DNA from: Eledone cirrhosa
Lineage: Eukaryota
Assembly (NCBI GenBank): GCA_964016885.1
Contig: OZ024740.1
Span: 155,434,001-155,498,000 of the forward strand
Length of the DNA: 64,000 bases
Direction: 5' to 3'
Part shown: positions 1 through 13,491 of the stretch, one piece after another
Position numbering within the stretch: position 1 is the first letter of the stretch
How the letters are laid out: every line of letters begins with the position of its first letter
The notes under the pieces: generated by a model
Database searches by the model: none
The model's input: the letters and a program-made list of their open reading frames with translations, nothing else
Told to the model about the DNA's origin: nothing
Program-made: the position numbers and the translations under genes

Positions 1-499
1 GGCCCTGGGACAATTGCTACCTTTGCCCCCCATTAAATCTAGTCACAGACACACATACACACACACAAACACATATATAATTAAACACATACAGATTTAT
101 ATACATACATATATATACAGACACACACAACATATATACACATACATATATTTACAGGGTTTGTTGTCTCTTAGAATATATATATATAAATATAATAAGG
201 ATTGGTAAAACAATGAGAAAGGAATGCAAGTATCAATTGACATGGAATGATCCAATTTATTTATGTGTACAAGAAAACCAGGATTTGAAAGTCTGTGAAA
301 TATTGTAATTGTATTGTGATAAATCAATTTGAGTTTCTTCCAGCTTATTGTCACACTGACATTTGTTGCTTGAAGAAATGCACCAAAACATTGTGGTTAA
401 ACTATCATCCTGGATATAACAGACAATCAGTCAGGTCATCTGTTCTCACGGCTGTTGGCTGTCACTCCAAAAATATTTTTCATTATTTACATTTCTCAT

Positions 500-690
500 G
501 GGCGGTGGATTGGCAGTATCGGTAGAGGGTCGGACGGCATGCTTTCCAGCATAGTTACGTCCCTTTACGATCTGAGTTCAAATCCCGCCGAGGTTGACTT
601 TGCCTTTCATCCTTACGGGGTCGATAAAATAAAAGTACCAGTAATGCACTGGGTAATTGCTGGCCTTGTGCCTAAAGTAGAAACAATTAT
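500..690 (+). mobile_element. tRNA-derived SINE (family A, young copy)
   Basis: A-box TGGCAGTATCGGT, B-box GAGTTCAAATCC, core GCCTTTCATCCTTACGGGGTCGATAAAATAAAAGTACC, AATTAT tail; many near-identical copies in the window. Confidence 0.85.
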
Positions 691-728
691 CTACATTTCT
701 CATTATACTTATTTATATATACATATAT

Positions 729-880
729 AGGCAGTGAATTGGCAGAGTCGTTAGAATGTTGGATAGAATGCTTTATGATATTCGTTCTGGCTCTCTGAGT
801 TCAAATCCCGCCGAGGTCAACTTTGCATTTCATCCTTTCAAGTTCCATAAAAAAAGAAGTACAAGTCTAATACTGGGGTG
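729..880 (+). mobile_element. SINE family A, older copy
   Basis: TGGCAGAGTCGTT, GAGTTCAAATCCCGCCGAGGTCAAC and a diverged core. Confidence 0.7.
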
Positions 881-1182
881 GATTCTTCCGCTATATCTCT
901 TTCTAGTTTTTCTCTCCCTCACTTTCTATCTTTCTCTGGAAGAAATCTGCTGGCCTGGAGAGGAATGGTCTCTGCCAGGCTTAGAATGCTCAAGAAATGC
1001 TGTATGTCAATACGACACCCCTATGACTATATCAAGAGTTACAGGACCATACAAACACATACACACACATATACATATATATATATATCATGATCAACGT
1101 TTAACATCCATTTTTCATGCTAGCATGGGTTAGACAAGTTGTCCCATTAGAGGCAAGTTGGGTTAGGTGACCATCTTTTGTT

Positions 1183-3225
1183 CATCATCATCAACGTTTA
1201 ACGTCCGTGTTCCACGCTTGCATGGGTTTGGACGGGGGTTTTCCCACTTGAGGCAAGAGTGATTTGCTCGCATAGGACTGTCTGGCGAGTTTTCTACAGC
1301 TGGATGCCCTTCCTAACACCAACCACATTTACAGTGTGGGGCGGGGAGGTTTTTACCGTGTTGCCTACACGGCCACATTACAGCGTGGACTGTCTGGCGG
1401 GTTTTCTACAGCTGGATGCCCTTCCTAACACCAACCACATTTACAGTGTGGAGCTGGGAGGTTTTTACCGTGTTGCCTACACGGCCACATTACAGCGTGG
1501 ACTGTGTGTTTTTTGTCGTGACACCTACACGATCTCATTTGTTTCGGCCTGGATGTTGTGGCACCAACATAACTTTACATTGAAAGGAGCGGTGTGGATG
1601 GGGTGGGGGTGGTGGGACGGGCTGTGTTTTGTTAGAGATGCCTACTGACTGTAGTAGGTTTTACTTTGTATTTAGGTAAGGCGTGTTTTCTCTATTACTG
1701 AGTACCGCCAAAGGTCTCGGTCCAGTGACATTGTCTTGGAAAGGTGTAAGCGCGTGAGGTCGGAATTTATCATGTCGTCCCAGGTTTTTCTGGGTCTGCC
1801 TACTCCGTGGCTACCGTCTATCTTTATAGCCCTGCACTTTGTTATACAGCTGTCGTCTTTCATGCGCATCACGTGACCATACCAACGTAGCCTTCTCTAG
1901 AGTAAACAACATCTGATCCCTCTTATTTCTAATTTTTTCCTTAGTTCGTTTATGCTTAGCCGTTCACGTATATTACTATTATACATCCAGCGGAGCATGC
2001 AAGCTTCGTTCCTCTCTAGTCTGCGTATATCCTCTGCACACAATGCCCAGGTCTCACTGCCATGCAGCATTGCTGTTCGTATGCAGGCATCATATAACCT
2101 GCCTTTCATTTTTAGGGAGAACCCTTTAGCGGCTAATAGTGGTATAAGCTCTCTGAACTTTTTCCATCCAGTTCTGACTCTAGCTACTGTACTTTCAGAG
2201 CACTCTCCACCACTGCTGATTTTGTCACCCAGGTAACGGAAGCTGTCCACTATTTCTATAGAACCCTCTGTGCAATTAAAAGAGCTAGTATTTTGTGGGC
2301 ACTTGCTGCTACTTATTGCACCAGAGCCACCGACCACATGTAAAATCTATGTTCTTAGTTAGCTTACCTGTGATCCCACTACATCTTTTATGCACCCATA
2401 CTTTGCATTTGGGACATAAAATGGAGTTTCTACCTACGCCTTTCCTACACACTGAGCATGGCCATTTCCCGGAAGGGACCGCCGCCTTATTTTCTTTCCT
2501 ACAAACTAGAACTTTAGTCTTAGCCAGGTTAATTTTAAGGCCTTTTGATTCTAGGCCGTGCTTCCATGTTTGGAATTTCTTCTCTAGCTCGGTCATTGAT
2601 TCAGCTATGAGCGTTAGATCATCTGCGTATAGGAGTTCCCATGGGCAACCGGTCTTGAACTCCTCTGTTATAGCCTGAAGGGCAATAATAAATAGTAGGG
2701 GGCTAAGAACAGAGCCCTGATGGACACCAACTTTTACGCTAAACTCTTCACTATATTCGTTGTTAATTCTAACCTTGCTGACTGTTTCTTTATACATGGC
2801 TTGTATAGCTCTCACAAGCCATTCGTCAACACCTAGTTTTCTAAGAGCCCACCAGATAATGGAGCGGGAGACTCTGTCAAAGGCTTTCTCCAAGTCAACA
2901 AAAGCTAAGTATAGGGGTTTACTTTTAGCTAGATACTTCTCCTGTAGTCGTACAATGAAAAGAGTGTCTGTGGTACTTTTGCCTGACACAAACCCGAACT
3001 GCATTTCATCTAGATCAATTCTCTCTCTGATTAGTTGCGCTATTACTTTTTCCGTGACCTTCATGACCTGGTCGATTAATATAATGCCTCTATAGTTACC
3101 CCTATCTAGGGCATCGCCTTTACCCTTGTAACAGTTAATGATGCTGCTGCTATGCCAGTCCTTCGGAACAACCTCATTCTGTATGACTTGGTTTACTATC
3201 CGGGGGGTGACCATGGTGTGTCCCA
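1183..3225 (-). mobile_element. 5'-truncated RTE-clade LINE (RT pseudogene, 3' UTR with internal duplication, (GAT)n tail)
   Basis: ORFs 2309-3226, 1897-2337 and 1672-1872 encode RT motifs (FVDLEKAFD, GVHQGSVLSP, YADD) with frameshifts; CATCATCAACG tail at 1183. Confidence 0.95.
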
Positions 3226-3312
3226 TATAAAACTATTTCTGGTTAGGATTCTATGGCTGAATGCCCTTCCTAACGCTGTCTCCATTTCTTCAACCAATCA
3301 CTTTACAGAGTC

Positions 3313-3346
<34 letters not shown>

Positions 3347-3351
<5 letters not shown>

Positions 3352-3910
3352 ACAACAATTCGAGACAGATTTTCTCTAATAACCGATTTTTTCACTCACT
3401 TGTTAATTTGTGTTTGACTTGAGATATGTTGGTTGAGTACTTATGGAGGGGCTGAAGCTTAAAATCTCGACTCCTAGCCATCACGTAAATTTCTGAACCA
3501 GTGGCCAATTGGTGGACAGTATTTTGATGATGCATAGGGATACCAGTTACTAATTTACTACTGCATTGCCTGTCACATTTACTGCCATAGACAACATGGA
3601 CTGGAATTGAATTCTGTCAATCGGTTGGTTATTGATTAGGTGAGACCTGCTGATGAAGCCACATGCACTAATTGTGCATTATTGCATAATAAATGCAGAC
3701 AATGGATGATGTATGCTTTCTTGCTGCATTAACTGTGGCCGAAATTTGAGTACGGGTATAAATTTATGGTACCCATTTACATGTGTTGTATTGAGGCAAA
3801 TAACTTTGTGTCTACTCTGGGATTCATACATAACCTTACTTATTGAGTACACTGATATGCAACCGGTACTACCAGGGAAACCTTACGCTAGTCCCGTCAA
3901 CTTTTTATTA
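3347..3910 (+). mobile_element. HHR-bearing non-coding cassette (Penelope-like pLTR/retrozyme-like) between (TA)n tracts
   Basis: Bounded by (TA)n at 3318-3347 and ~3909-3918; contains an HHR motif; no convincing ORF. Confidence 0.6.
3645..3757 (+). ncRNA. Type I hammerhead ribozyme motif, long stem II, GUA triplet
   Basis: ACCTG-CTGATGA-A-GCCACA...TGTGGC-C-GAAA-TTTGAG-TA-CGGGT; stem I ACCTG/CGGGT, stem II base GCCACA/TGTGGC. Confidence 0.75.
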
Positions 3911-4121
3911 TATATATAAATAGTTATAAAGATAGGCATAACTACAAAGACATGTAAATAGATGTATCAACATATAGACAGCCACATAGGTAAAAATAGA
4001 ATGATAGAAAAATTGAAAAGCAGATTGACTGTCTATAAATAGATATAAATAGATAGCTAGCAAGTGTAGCAGAAATAGACTGAAGAAAAGTTGGTAAATA
4101 GATTAGATAGATCAAGGAATA

Positions 4122-4528
4122 TTAACCCTATTTCTAATGAAGTGACTATGATTTTCAAATAATTTTGAAAATAACCAAGAATTTGGAGATTTAGTAAAAT
4201 AATTTTCTTATTATTAAACTGGGGTTTGGAATATGACTTAACAAAGGTTCTTACATTAAATTATAATTGTTTCTACTTTTGGCACAAGGCCAGTAATTAT
4301 CCCAGTGCATTGGGATTCATCAATCCCATAAGGATGAAAGGCAAAGTTAACCTCGGCAGGATTTGAACTCAGAACATAAAGAGACGTAACACTATGCTGT
4401 GAAGCAGGGTGTCTGACGCTCTACCGATTCTGCCAATCCACCGCCCTTATCCACCATTCTTATATAAAATTATAATGGAAGTTTTTAGGTAAGTATAAAC
4501 ACAGACAGTTTGGTAATGAAAGGGTTAA
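4122..4528. mobile_element. TTAA-CCCT...AGGG-TTAA MITE (piggyBac-like ends) with nested SINE at 4264-4447 (-)
   Basis: TTAACCCTA start, AAGGGTTAA end; SINE core in reverse orientation inside. Confidence 0.55.
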
Positions 4529-5046
4529 GCTTTACAGATATAAGGACACAAGATTGAGATGCATCTAAAGATGTTGTATAGCAGACCTCTTTAAACCGAT
4601 ACCAATATGCAAAAAGCAGGTATTAAAACAGTTATGATATATATGTGCGTGTGGATACATAATTGTTCTATATGGATTTAATACTACGATGAACTTATCC
4701 CAATATACATACGATAGGTGTTGAAACAATTATCATGCATATGTGCGTGCATATAATTTTTCCATGCAAACTTAATACTACATGTAATATATCAATATCA
4801 ATAACACCTATTTCATTATTAACTGTGTTCTTATTTTTGTGGAGTTTATATTGAGGGAGGAGGCAGTGTAGAGAGGAAGAGAAATAAATAGATACAGAAT
4901 GAAATGAGAGAGAGAAGTGACAGAAAAAAGAAACAGTGAGTGAAAAGATAGAGAGACAGAAACAGATACAGAAGAACTTGTGAGCCAGTGAATGAGTGAG
5001 TAGCATATGTGTGTGTGTGAATGCATATGTTTTTGTTGTTTGGTCT

Positions 5047-5910
5047 TTTAACCCTTTTGTTACTAAACCACCTGAAACTACCCATGGTTCTACAGTACAA
5101 AACTGTTTGTCAATAAATGTTAATATTTATCTCAAAACCTTCCATCATAATTTTAGCTTAATAGTTGTTTCGACTTTTGGCACAAGGCCAGCAATTACTC
5201 AGTACATTACTGGTACTTTATTTTATCGACCCCGTAAGGATGAAAGGCAAAGTTAACCTCGGTGGGATTTGAACTCAGATCGTAAAGGGATGTAACTACG
5301 CTGGAAAGCATGTCCGACCCTCTACCGATACTGCCAATTCACCACCCAATTTTAGTTTAATAATGAGAACGTTATTTTACTAAATCCCTCAAAATTATTG
5401 ATTATTTTCTAAATAATAAAAAAATTGCAGACAGTGCTTTTCTTTAGAAATATGCTAACAAAGGGGTTAACCCTTCTATTATCATATTTCTAATGAAATA
5501 CACTGTCTATCTGTATCAATTGATTTCTAAAATTTGAAAAACTTAATGGGATAACCTTTTAAGCCAGTGATTGAAAAATTATTCAACAGAAATTTCTTAA
5601 CTCTTTAGATTTAAACTGGCCATATCTGGCCAGAATTCTCTCACTTCTTTCTGTTCAAACCAGCCATTTATACTGATGTTAAGGTATTGTTCTCAAAATA
5701 AATAATATCAAAATCTCATAGATTCAATATTATGTGAGATAAAGACTTTACCATGAAAATACAGTAGTAAATATGGAGTAATGTAAATGCTAAAGGGTTA
5801 AATAAAATTATGATGGATGGTTTTAGTATAAATACGAACATTTTCAAATAAGCAGATGTGTATCATAAAACCAGGGCAGTTGCAGGTGGCTTGGTATCAA
5901 AAGGGTTAAC
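5047..5910. mobile_element. Cluster of nested TTAA-CCCT MITEs with SINE at 5160-5346 (-)
   Basis: Repeated TTAACCCTT / AAGGGTTAA ends at ~5048, 5467, 5793, 5901; related sequence at 7731-7935, 9267-9452, 54001-54500. Confidence 0.5.
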
Positions 5911-6194
5911 TTAGTAACAATGGGAGAAATGGTTGGTTGATATGCTTGGCTCTACTCACTAAAATACTGGTGATATCATCATCATCATCATCTGGTGATA
6001 ATGTTATCTATTTCTGATAGCAATATCTCTCTGGATTGGCAAAATTGATAGAGTAATGTATAAAGTGTCATTGTAGTGACTGTTGTGGTTCTTTACATTG
6101 TGAGTTCAAATTCTGCTGAGGTTAACTTTGTCTTTCATCCTGGATTGATAAAATAAAGTAGCAATCAAGTACTGGAGTTCATTTAATCAACTCA

Positions 6195-6350
6195 GTGGCT
6201 TTTGCAGAGTTTCCGTCTACCAAATTTCACTCCCAAGGTATTGGTCAACCCAAGGTTATAGTAGAAGATACTTGCCCAAGAAACCCCTCAGTGGGACTGG
6301 ACATGAAACCACATGGCTGTGAAGCTAACTCCTCAACTAGACAGCCAAGT
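6195..6350 (-). mobile_element. tRNA-derived SINE (family B); related copies ~11470-11635(+), 22655-22800(+), 43645-43800(-), 53060-53175(-)
   Basis: Shared TTCCGTCTACCAAATTTCACTC...AGTAGAAGATACTTGCCCAAG...GTGGGACTG motif. Confidence 0.6.
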
Positions 6351-6454
6351 ATGAAAAAATTAATAGACCTAATTGCCAGGTAAGGCAGCATTGGTGCATC
6401 AAAAGATCTCATCATCTTTTTTCAATGCAATAGTACTACTAAATAGAAGCAGAT

Positions 6455-6780
6455 TGCCCACAAAGTCAGAAAACAGCACAGCTCCCATGATTTTTTGAAA
6501 CATTTTTTCACGCTCAGAGTTGCTGACAAACTACCTACATCTGTTGTTAGCTGCCAGGACACTGCATCCTTTAAAACTGCCATACTTCCCGAAATTCGCC
6601 AAAACTACACCTGATATTCCCCCACCATACACATGCACACATATATCTGTGTGTATATCATGACTCGTACACTGTTCACTTTCCTGACATTTGTACATTA
6701 TTCTATGTACTATACATGCACCTTTGATAAGTTGTAGTGCACTTGAGCACTGTACACAATAATTTTCATTATTATAAGAA
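6455..6780 (+). mobile_element. 3' end fragment of a CR1/L2-like LINE
   Basis: Matches the reverse complement of 43150-43480 (RKQHSSHDFLKHFFTL...). Confidence 0.6.
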
Positions 6781-7934
6781 CAACCCCATTTCATCCTTAC
6801 GGGGTTGATAAAATAAAGCACCAGTAATGCACTGAAATAATTGCTGGCCTTGTGGCAAAAGTAGAAACAATTATTATAAGAACAAACACCATCTATAATT
6901 TTCACCAAAACATAATCAAATATGGCAAGTATTTATACTAATCAGTTTTTTAAAGTTATCACAATAGCATACAATAATTTCTAGAATAATTATTTCAAAT
7001 TTAGGTACAAGGCCACCAAATTTGGGGGAAGTTGATAAATTAACCCCAGTACTTGACTGGAACTTTCCTAGCAAATTTAGCCTCAGTGGGATTTGAACTC
7101 AGAACATAAAGAGCTGGAATAAATACTGCAAAGCAGTCAAAGTCTAATTGTTTAAATCAGTAAAGGAGTAAAGGAATATATTATATTTCCTTTAGGCTTT
7201 TGTAAACTAATGAAAAATATTGATTTCCAATTTAAGAAATTGTTGACAGCTTTAACGACTGCCAATCCACCACCCTTTAATTTATAAAATAGTTTTTTCT
7301 AAAATTGGTAGGTCCACAATTTGGGGGAGGGGGAAAGTCGATTATATTGACCCCCAGTACTTAACCAGTGTTTTATTTTATTGACTCCAAAAGGATGAAA
7401 GGCTAAGTTGACCGTGGCAGGATTTGAACTCAGACTGTAGAAAGTCATAACTAAATACCACAAAGCATTTTGACCAATGCTTCACTTGTACTACTAATCT
7501 AATTTCTAAATAATAATATTAATGGTTTCTAATATAGACACAATAGTTTCAAATATAGACACATTTTGGAGGAGAGGATGTAAAGCAAAGTTGACTTTTG
7601 CACGAGTTTAGATCATAAAGAACCATAACTAAACAGTGCACCGAATTTAGTCTGATGCTCTACTGATTAACAGTTTTGATACCAAATCCCCTGAAACCAG
7701 CCCTGGTTCTCTGATACAAAGCTGTTTATTTTAACCCTTCAGTATTTATATTACTGTATATTTACTACTATATTTTCACAGTAAAGGCTTTACCTCACAT
7801 TATACTGAATCTACGAGATTTTGTTTTATTTATTTTGAGAACAATACCGTAACATAAATATGAGCAGCCAGTTTGAACAGAAAGAGGTGAGAGAATTCTG
7901 GACAGATACAGCTGGTTTAACCCTTTAGCATTTA

Positions 7935-9258
7935 CATCATCATCATCATCATCGTTTAACGTCTATCTTCCACGTTAGCATGGGTTTAGGCGTGAGGCAA
8001 GATTGGTTGTCTTGCTCGTATAGGACTGTCTGGCGGGTTTTCTACGGCTGGATGCCCTTCCTAACACCAGCCACGTTTGCAGTTGGACTGGGAGGTTTTT
8101 ACCGTGTTACCTACATGGCCACATTGCAGCGTGGACTGTGCTTTTTTTTGTTGTGACACTTACACGACCTCATTTATTTAGGACTGGATGTTGTGGCACC
8201 AACATAACTTTACAGAGAAAGGGGTGGTGTACATGGGGGGGGGGGGTAGGGGTAGTAGGATGGGGGTGTATTTTTGGTTGGAGGTACCTACTGACTGTAG
8301 GTTTCGCTTTGTACTTAGGCAAGGCGGGTCTTCTGTATTACTGCGTAGCGCCAAAGATCTCAGTCCAGTGACATTGTCTTGGAGAGGTGTAAGTGTGTAA
8401 AGTCGGAATTTATCAAATCGTGCCAGGTTTTTCTGGGTCTGCCTACTCCGTAGCTTCCATCTATTTTGATCGCTCTGCACTTTTTTATACAGTTGTCGTC
8501 TTTCATGTGCATCACGTGACCATACCAACATAGTCTTCTCTCGAGTAAACAGCATCTGATCCCTCTTATTCCTAATTTCTCACTTAGTTCATTTATGCTT
8601 TGCCGTTCATGTATATTACACATCCATCGGAGCATGCAAGCTTCGTTCCTCTCCAGTCTGTGCAGATCCTCTGCACACAATGCCCATGTCTCACTGCCAT
8701 GTAACATTGCTGTTCGTATGCAGGCATCATACAGTCGACCTTTCATTTTTAGGGAGAAACCTTTAGTGGCCAATAGTGGTATAAGCTCTCTGAACTTTTT
8801 CCATCCCGTTCTGACTCTAGCTACTGTATTTTCAGAGCACGCTCCACCACTGCTGATTTTGTCACCCAGGTAACGGAAGGTGTCCACTATTTCTATAGAA
8901 CCATCTGGGCAATGGAAGGAGCTAGTATCCTGTGGGCACTTGCTACTACTTATTGCACCCGAGCACTGGCCACATATAAAATCTATGTTCTTAGTTAGTT
9001 TACCTGTGATCCCACTACATCTTTTATGCACCCATACTTTGCATTTGGGACATAACATGGAGTTTCTGCCTACTCCTTTCCTACACACTGAGCATGGCCA
9101 TTTCCCAGAGGGGGCCAGTGCCCTATTTTCCTTCCTACATACTAGAACTTTAGTCTTAGACAAGTTATTTTTAAGGCCTTTTGATTCTAGGCCATGCTTC
9201 CAAGTTTGGAATTTCTTCTCTAGTTCAGCCATTGATTCAGCTATGAGCATTAGGTCAT
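7935..9258 (-). mobile_element. 5'-truncated RTE LINE
   Basis: ORF 8360-9322 covers the RT C-terminal half with the PHD-like finger; (CAT)n tail at 7935. Confidence 0.95.
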
Positions 9259-9868
9259 TCTGGTGGGATACAGCCGGTTTAAATGCTAAAGAGTCAAAGT
9301 TTTTATATTTATCTTCCAACATAACTTTATGTGAGAACCTTTGTTAAATTATGCTCCAAACAGTAGCTTAATAATGAAAATATTAGTTAAATTACTAAAT
9401 ATCTTCAAATTCTAGATAATTTTCATTAGAAATATGGTAATGAAAGGGTTAAAATACTCAGCAATGTTTAGGTATTTAATAATAACGATTTCTTTTAGAA
9501 AAAGTAAATAACATATAATACAGTTACTTGAAACCAAACGAAAAAATAGTTTTCAATTAAAAGAAAATAACAAAAAAATGATTTTTTTTTTTTTTTCAAC
9601 TAAGGGTGGCGTTCAAAATAAATGACCTAATATAATTCAAATCAAATTAAAAACAAATTTACATTAGAAAACCGAATTTGTTGATAAAAGAAGTTCAAAA
9701 ACAAGTGACTGCATTCTATATGACAAAATAAACAGCTACTTTTTCTAAGAAGTAATATAAAGTTTAATTGCAAATATTCAATTTAAAAAGGAAAAAAAAA
9801 AAAATTCTAACTACTGGAATGTTAAATTTATTTGCATTTGGGCTTTAAATAAAATAAATAATGGCTTT

Positions 9869-9898
<30 letters not shown>

Positions 9899-9899
<1 letters not shown>

Positions 9900-10603
9900 C
9901 ATCATTGCTTAATGTCTATTTCCCATGCTAGCATGGGTTAGACGGGTTGTTGCATTTGAGGTAAGTAAGGTCAGGTGACCGTGTCTTGCTCATAGAGAAC
10001 TGTGTCTGGTGTGGTTTCTATGGCTGGATGTCCTTCCTAATTCGAACCACATTTACAGTGTGGGTTGGGTGCTTTTTGTAATGATACCAGCATGACCACT
10101 TTACAGTGTTGACTGAGGACTGGAGCAGGGGTTGTAAATGCATGGGTGACGGACAAGAGTGGAGTGTTAGTGTGTGGGAGGGGGGATGGAGGATGCAGGT
10201 TAAGTAGGGCATATAAAATGTATGCTTCAACCATGCTTATGGGAAGGTGGGTCTTCTATATTACTGCAAAATGCCAAAGATCACAAGCCTGTGTCATCAT
10301 CTTTGAGAGGTGCAATTGTACAAGATCAGCTTTTATCACCTCATCCCAGGCCTTCCTACTCCATAGCTTTCATCAACTTTGATTGCCCTGCACCTTTTTA
10401 TACAACTGTCATCCTTCATATGCATCACATGTCCATACTAATGCAATCTCCTCTCCTGCACACTGCATCTGATAGCTCTTGTGCCCAGTTTCTCTCTCAG
10501 TCCATTTACGCTTTGCGGTATTCATTTCTTTCCAATCTTCACAGGTCCTCAGCATACAACACCTAGGTCTCACTTCCATGCAACATTGCTGACCTGACAT
10601 GTC
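9899..10603 (-). mobile_element. Older RTE LINE 3' fragment
   Basis: Degenerate AMLHGSET / LYGHVM-like coding remnants plus RTE 3' UTR motif GGAAGGACATCC. Confidence 0.75.
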
Positions 10604-10848
10604 TCATAACATGATAACCCATCTAACCCATGCCAGCATGGAAATATATACAATAAATGATGATGGTGATATATATATAGCAATATTTTAATAACTATTC
10701 TAGAGATGATGATGATGATGATGATAATGATGCAAATGATGATGCTAAAGCAAATAATTTTAACATTCCCAACTCTATCAAGTATTAAACTAATATACTA
10801 TCATTTTATTGTATTGTTCTTCTGTGTTGTTTTTCCTTGTTTACCTTT

Positions 10849-10883
<35 letters not shown>

Positions 10884-11089
10884 GATATTTTAGATAGTTG
10901 AGACAGACAGACATATAGATCAACATATAAGCACACAGACAGAAGACGCACACCCACCCAGAAATATAGACATACATATAGATAGATATATATAGATAAA
11001 GAGATAGGCATACTGACATACAGGCGGGCATAAAAAGGATTTATTTGAAAATAAAGATGGTGGGAGTATCCAAAAACTAAATAAATCTC

Positions 11090-11240
11090 TATTCCATCCG
11101 CCAGATGGCAAGGTGGCCAGCGCATGGGCGGCCAGTGCGTGGGCTCCCATTTGCTTATAATAATGAGAGATGGGTAGAGCGGGAGAGATAGAGGCAGTGA
11201 CGGCGGGAGTTTGGTTCCTTTGTGCTTGGACCTACTGTAT
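11090..11240 (-). mobile_element. Probable Tc1/mariner-type transposon end fragment (related copy ~41250-41380)
   Basis: Minus strand begins TACAGTAGGTCC; shared GGGAGAG...GAGTTTGGTTCC...GGACCT.TGTAT sequence in two places. Confidence 0.4.
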
Positions 11241-11666
11241 GTTTCACAGACATAAGTGTCAATTAAATATTGAAATTTTAAGTAGCAGGAAACTAGTTTC
11301 AAAGAATACCATGATGATCCAAATTATTAGATTTCTAATATAATAAACACATTTCATGAAACTCTCATTCAATAACCCTAGAGGTTTATAGGAACATAAC
11401 CAAAGGGCATTAATCTGTAATCTAACTGAATACAATGTTACCATTTTTATTTTTTATGTAAATAAATACAACAGGCAAGGCTGTGTGGTTAAGAGGTTTA
11501 CTTTGCAATCATATGGTTTGGGATTTCATCTCACTGCATGGAATCACCTTGGGTAAATGCTCTATACTAGACCCATGGGCTGATTAATGCCTTGTGAATG
11601 AAATTTAGTAGACAGAAATTCTTCAGAAGCTTGTTAAATATCTCTCTCTCTATATATATATACATA

Positions 11667-12841
11667 TCTGCATATATATATAAAATTAAGTATGTGTGTG
11701 TGTGTCTCTGTGTATAGGGGCCTACATCTTACGACCGATTTTCATGAAACTTTACAGGCTCATAGATTAGTCATCGGGGAGTGTTTTCTATATATCAGCA
11801 TATCGTTTTTTTATTCCGGGGGTCATTCTGCAGATAAAAATCGATTGGGTGGGGGGTGGGGGGTCACCTTTTTTTAGGTATCGAAAAATAAGATTTTTGG
11901 CTCTAGCGCCCACATTTTGCCACCGATTTCGTTCAAATTTTAAAGCAAAATATCATTGCACATCCTGTAATGGCTTTATATTTTGCATTTGTTGTTCAGG
12001 GATGGCGTGGCAGCCACTTAAATATTCAAAAATACCACTTTTAGACTCAAATTTCCACTTTTTCGGCTCTAACTCCCACATTAATCAACCTACTTTGTTC
12101 AAATTTTACACTATGCTAGCTCCGATCACGTCTTAAAGTGGCTTTACATTTTGGATTTTTTGTTCAGGAATGGCGTGGCAGCCGCTTAAATATTCGAAAA
12201 TACTAGCTTTTCGCTCAAATTTCCGCCTTTTGGCTCTAGCTCCCACATTTTTCAACCGATTTCGTTCAAATTCGAAACTTTGGCTCCACCTCACACATAA
12301 ATCAATTTATTTGGTTCAACTTTTATATTACGATATAACCTATCATTGCACATCTTATAGTAGCTTTACACTTTGCATTTTTTGTTCAGGGACGGCGACC
12401 TATCATTAGCTCCCACATTTTTCAACCGATTTCGTTCAAATTCGAAACTTTGGCTCCACCTCACACATAAATCAATTTATTTGGTTCAACTTTTATACTA
12501 CAATAGAACCTATCATTGCACATCTTATAGATGGTCAAAGGCAAAACGATGGCCACTGACGTCGTCTGAGCTTTTAGTTGTGTATTTGAGAATTCATCGG
12601 TTTCCAATCAAGTAGCGTGAGGAAATTTGGCTTAGTGTTAGAGAGCATTACCTCCCTCCCCCAGCATGCCCCTTCATCAGTCACCTGCGTTTCTCAGTGA
12701 TAGAGGTCATCACCACTCTCCCTCGCATGGCCTGTGTGTGGCCATAGATGAGTCATCGAGAAGCAGTCGCTAAGATCAACACCTTTTCATAAAAGCAGAT
12801 ATTATTTGACCTACCCAGGCAACGCTGGGTACTGCTGCTAG
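11667..12841 (+). mobile_element. Non-autonomous Helitron
   Basis: 5' TC...TATATAAAA start, internal subrepeats, 3' hairpin ACCCAG-GCAACG-CTGGGT (12813-12830) and CTAG followed by T. Confidence 0.85.
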
Positions 12842-13491
12842 TATATATATATATGCACACACACCTCTACATTTACCTTTACAGCTCTGTACATACACAC
12901 ACACTCCCTTATATTAACATACTTTTGATCACACTTTGTACTTACAAGCACACACACACACACTCTTTTACTTACATATACACACGCATATCCTCTTAGT
13001 TTCGGATGGACGTATAATAACACACACACACACGTATATGCAGACACACATGTACAGCTCTATATACAAAACGTTTTTTTCCCTTTCGGATAGATGTGCT
13101 CCATAATCACCTTTTCAAAAGAAGCCTATCATACACAAATTGCTAGCATCAACAGTTTTCCAACTAAACACCCTAACCATAAATTACCTGTACTAGACAT
13201 AGAACTCTGGTCAGAAACTATTAATATTAGAGCAAATTGATTTCAAAAGGGTTAAACAGGGCAAAGTATGAGGCCTACTACTTGAAAAAAAACAAAGATT
13301 ACCTATAAATACAAAGTGAAATGGCACTATGTAAACTTGAAATGTTTTATGATAGAAATAGTGTCGCAATCATTAAAACAACCAAGAAACCTCTAATGGG
13401 ATGCAACCTTTTAATGGAATGGCTAAACATGTGTAAGTATGAAGTCATAACAACAGCAACAGCAATGTGAAAGGTTTTAAATGATGAGCTG

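Noticed and set aside
500-590. tRNA-like A/B boxes
   Set aside because: SINE heads, no complete cloverleaf
12590-12685. CTGATGA...GAAAC on the minus strand inside the Helitron
   Set aside because: No stem I/III pairing or NUH triplet in register
13184-13296. Possible minus-strand exon (TTTTTCAAG...CAG|GTAATT)
   Set aside because: Stops in all frames and overlaps a TTAA-CCCT MITE end
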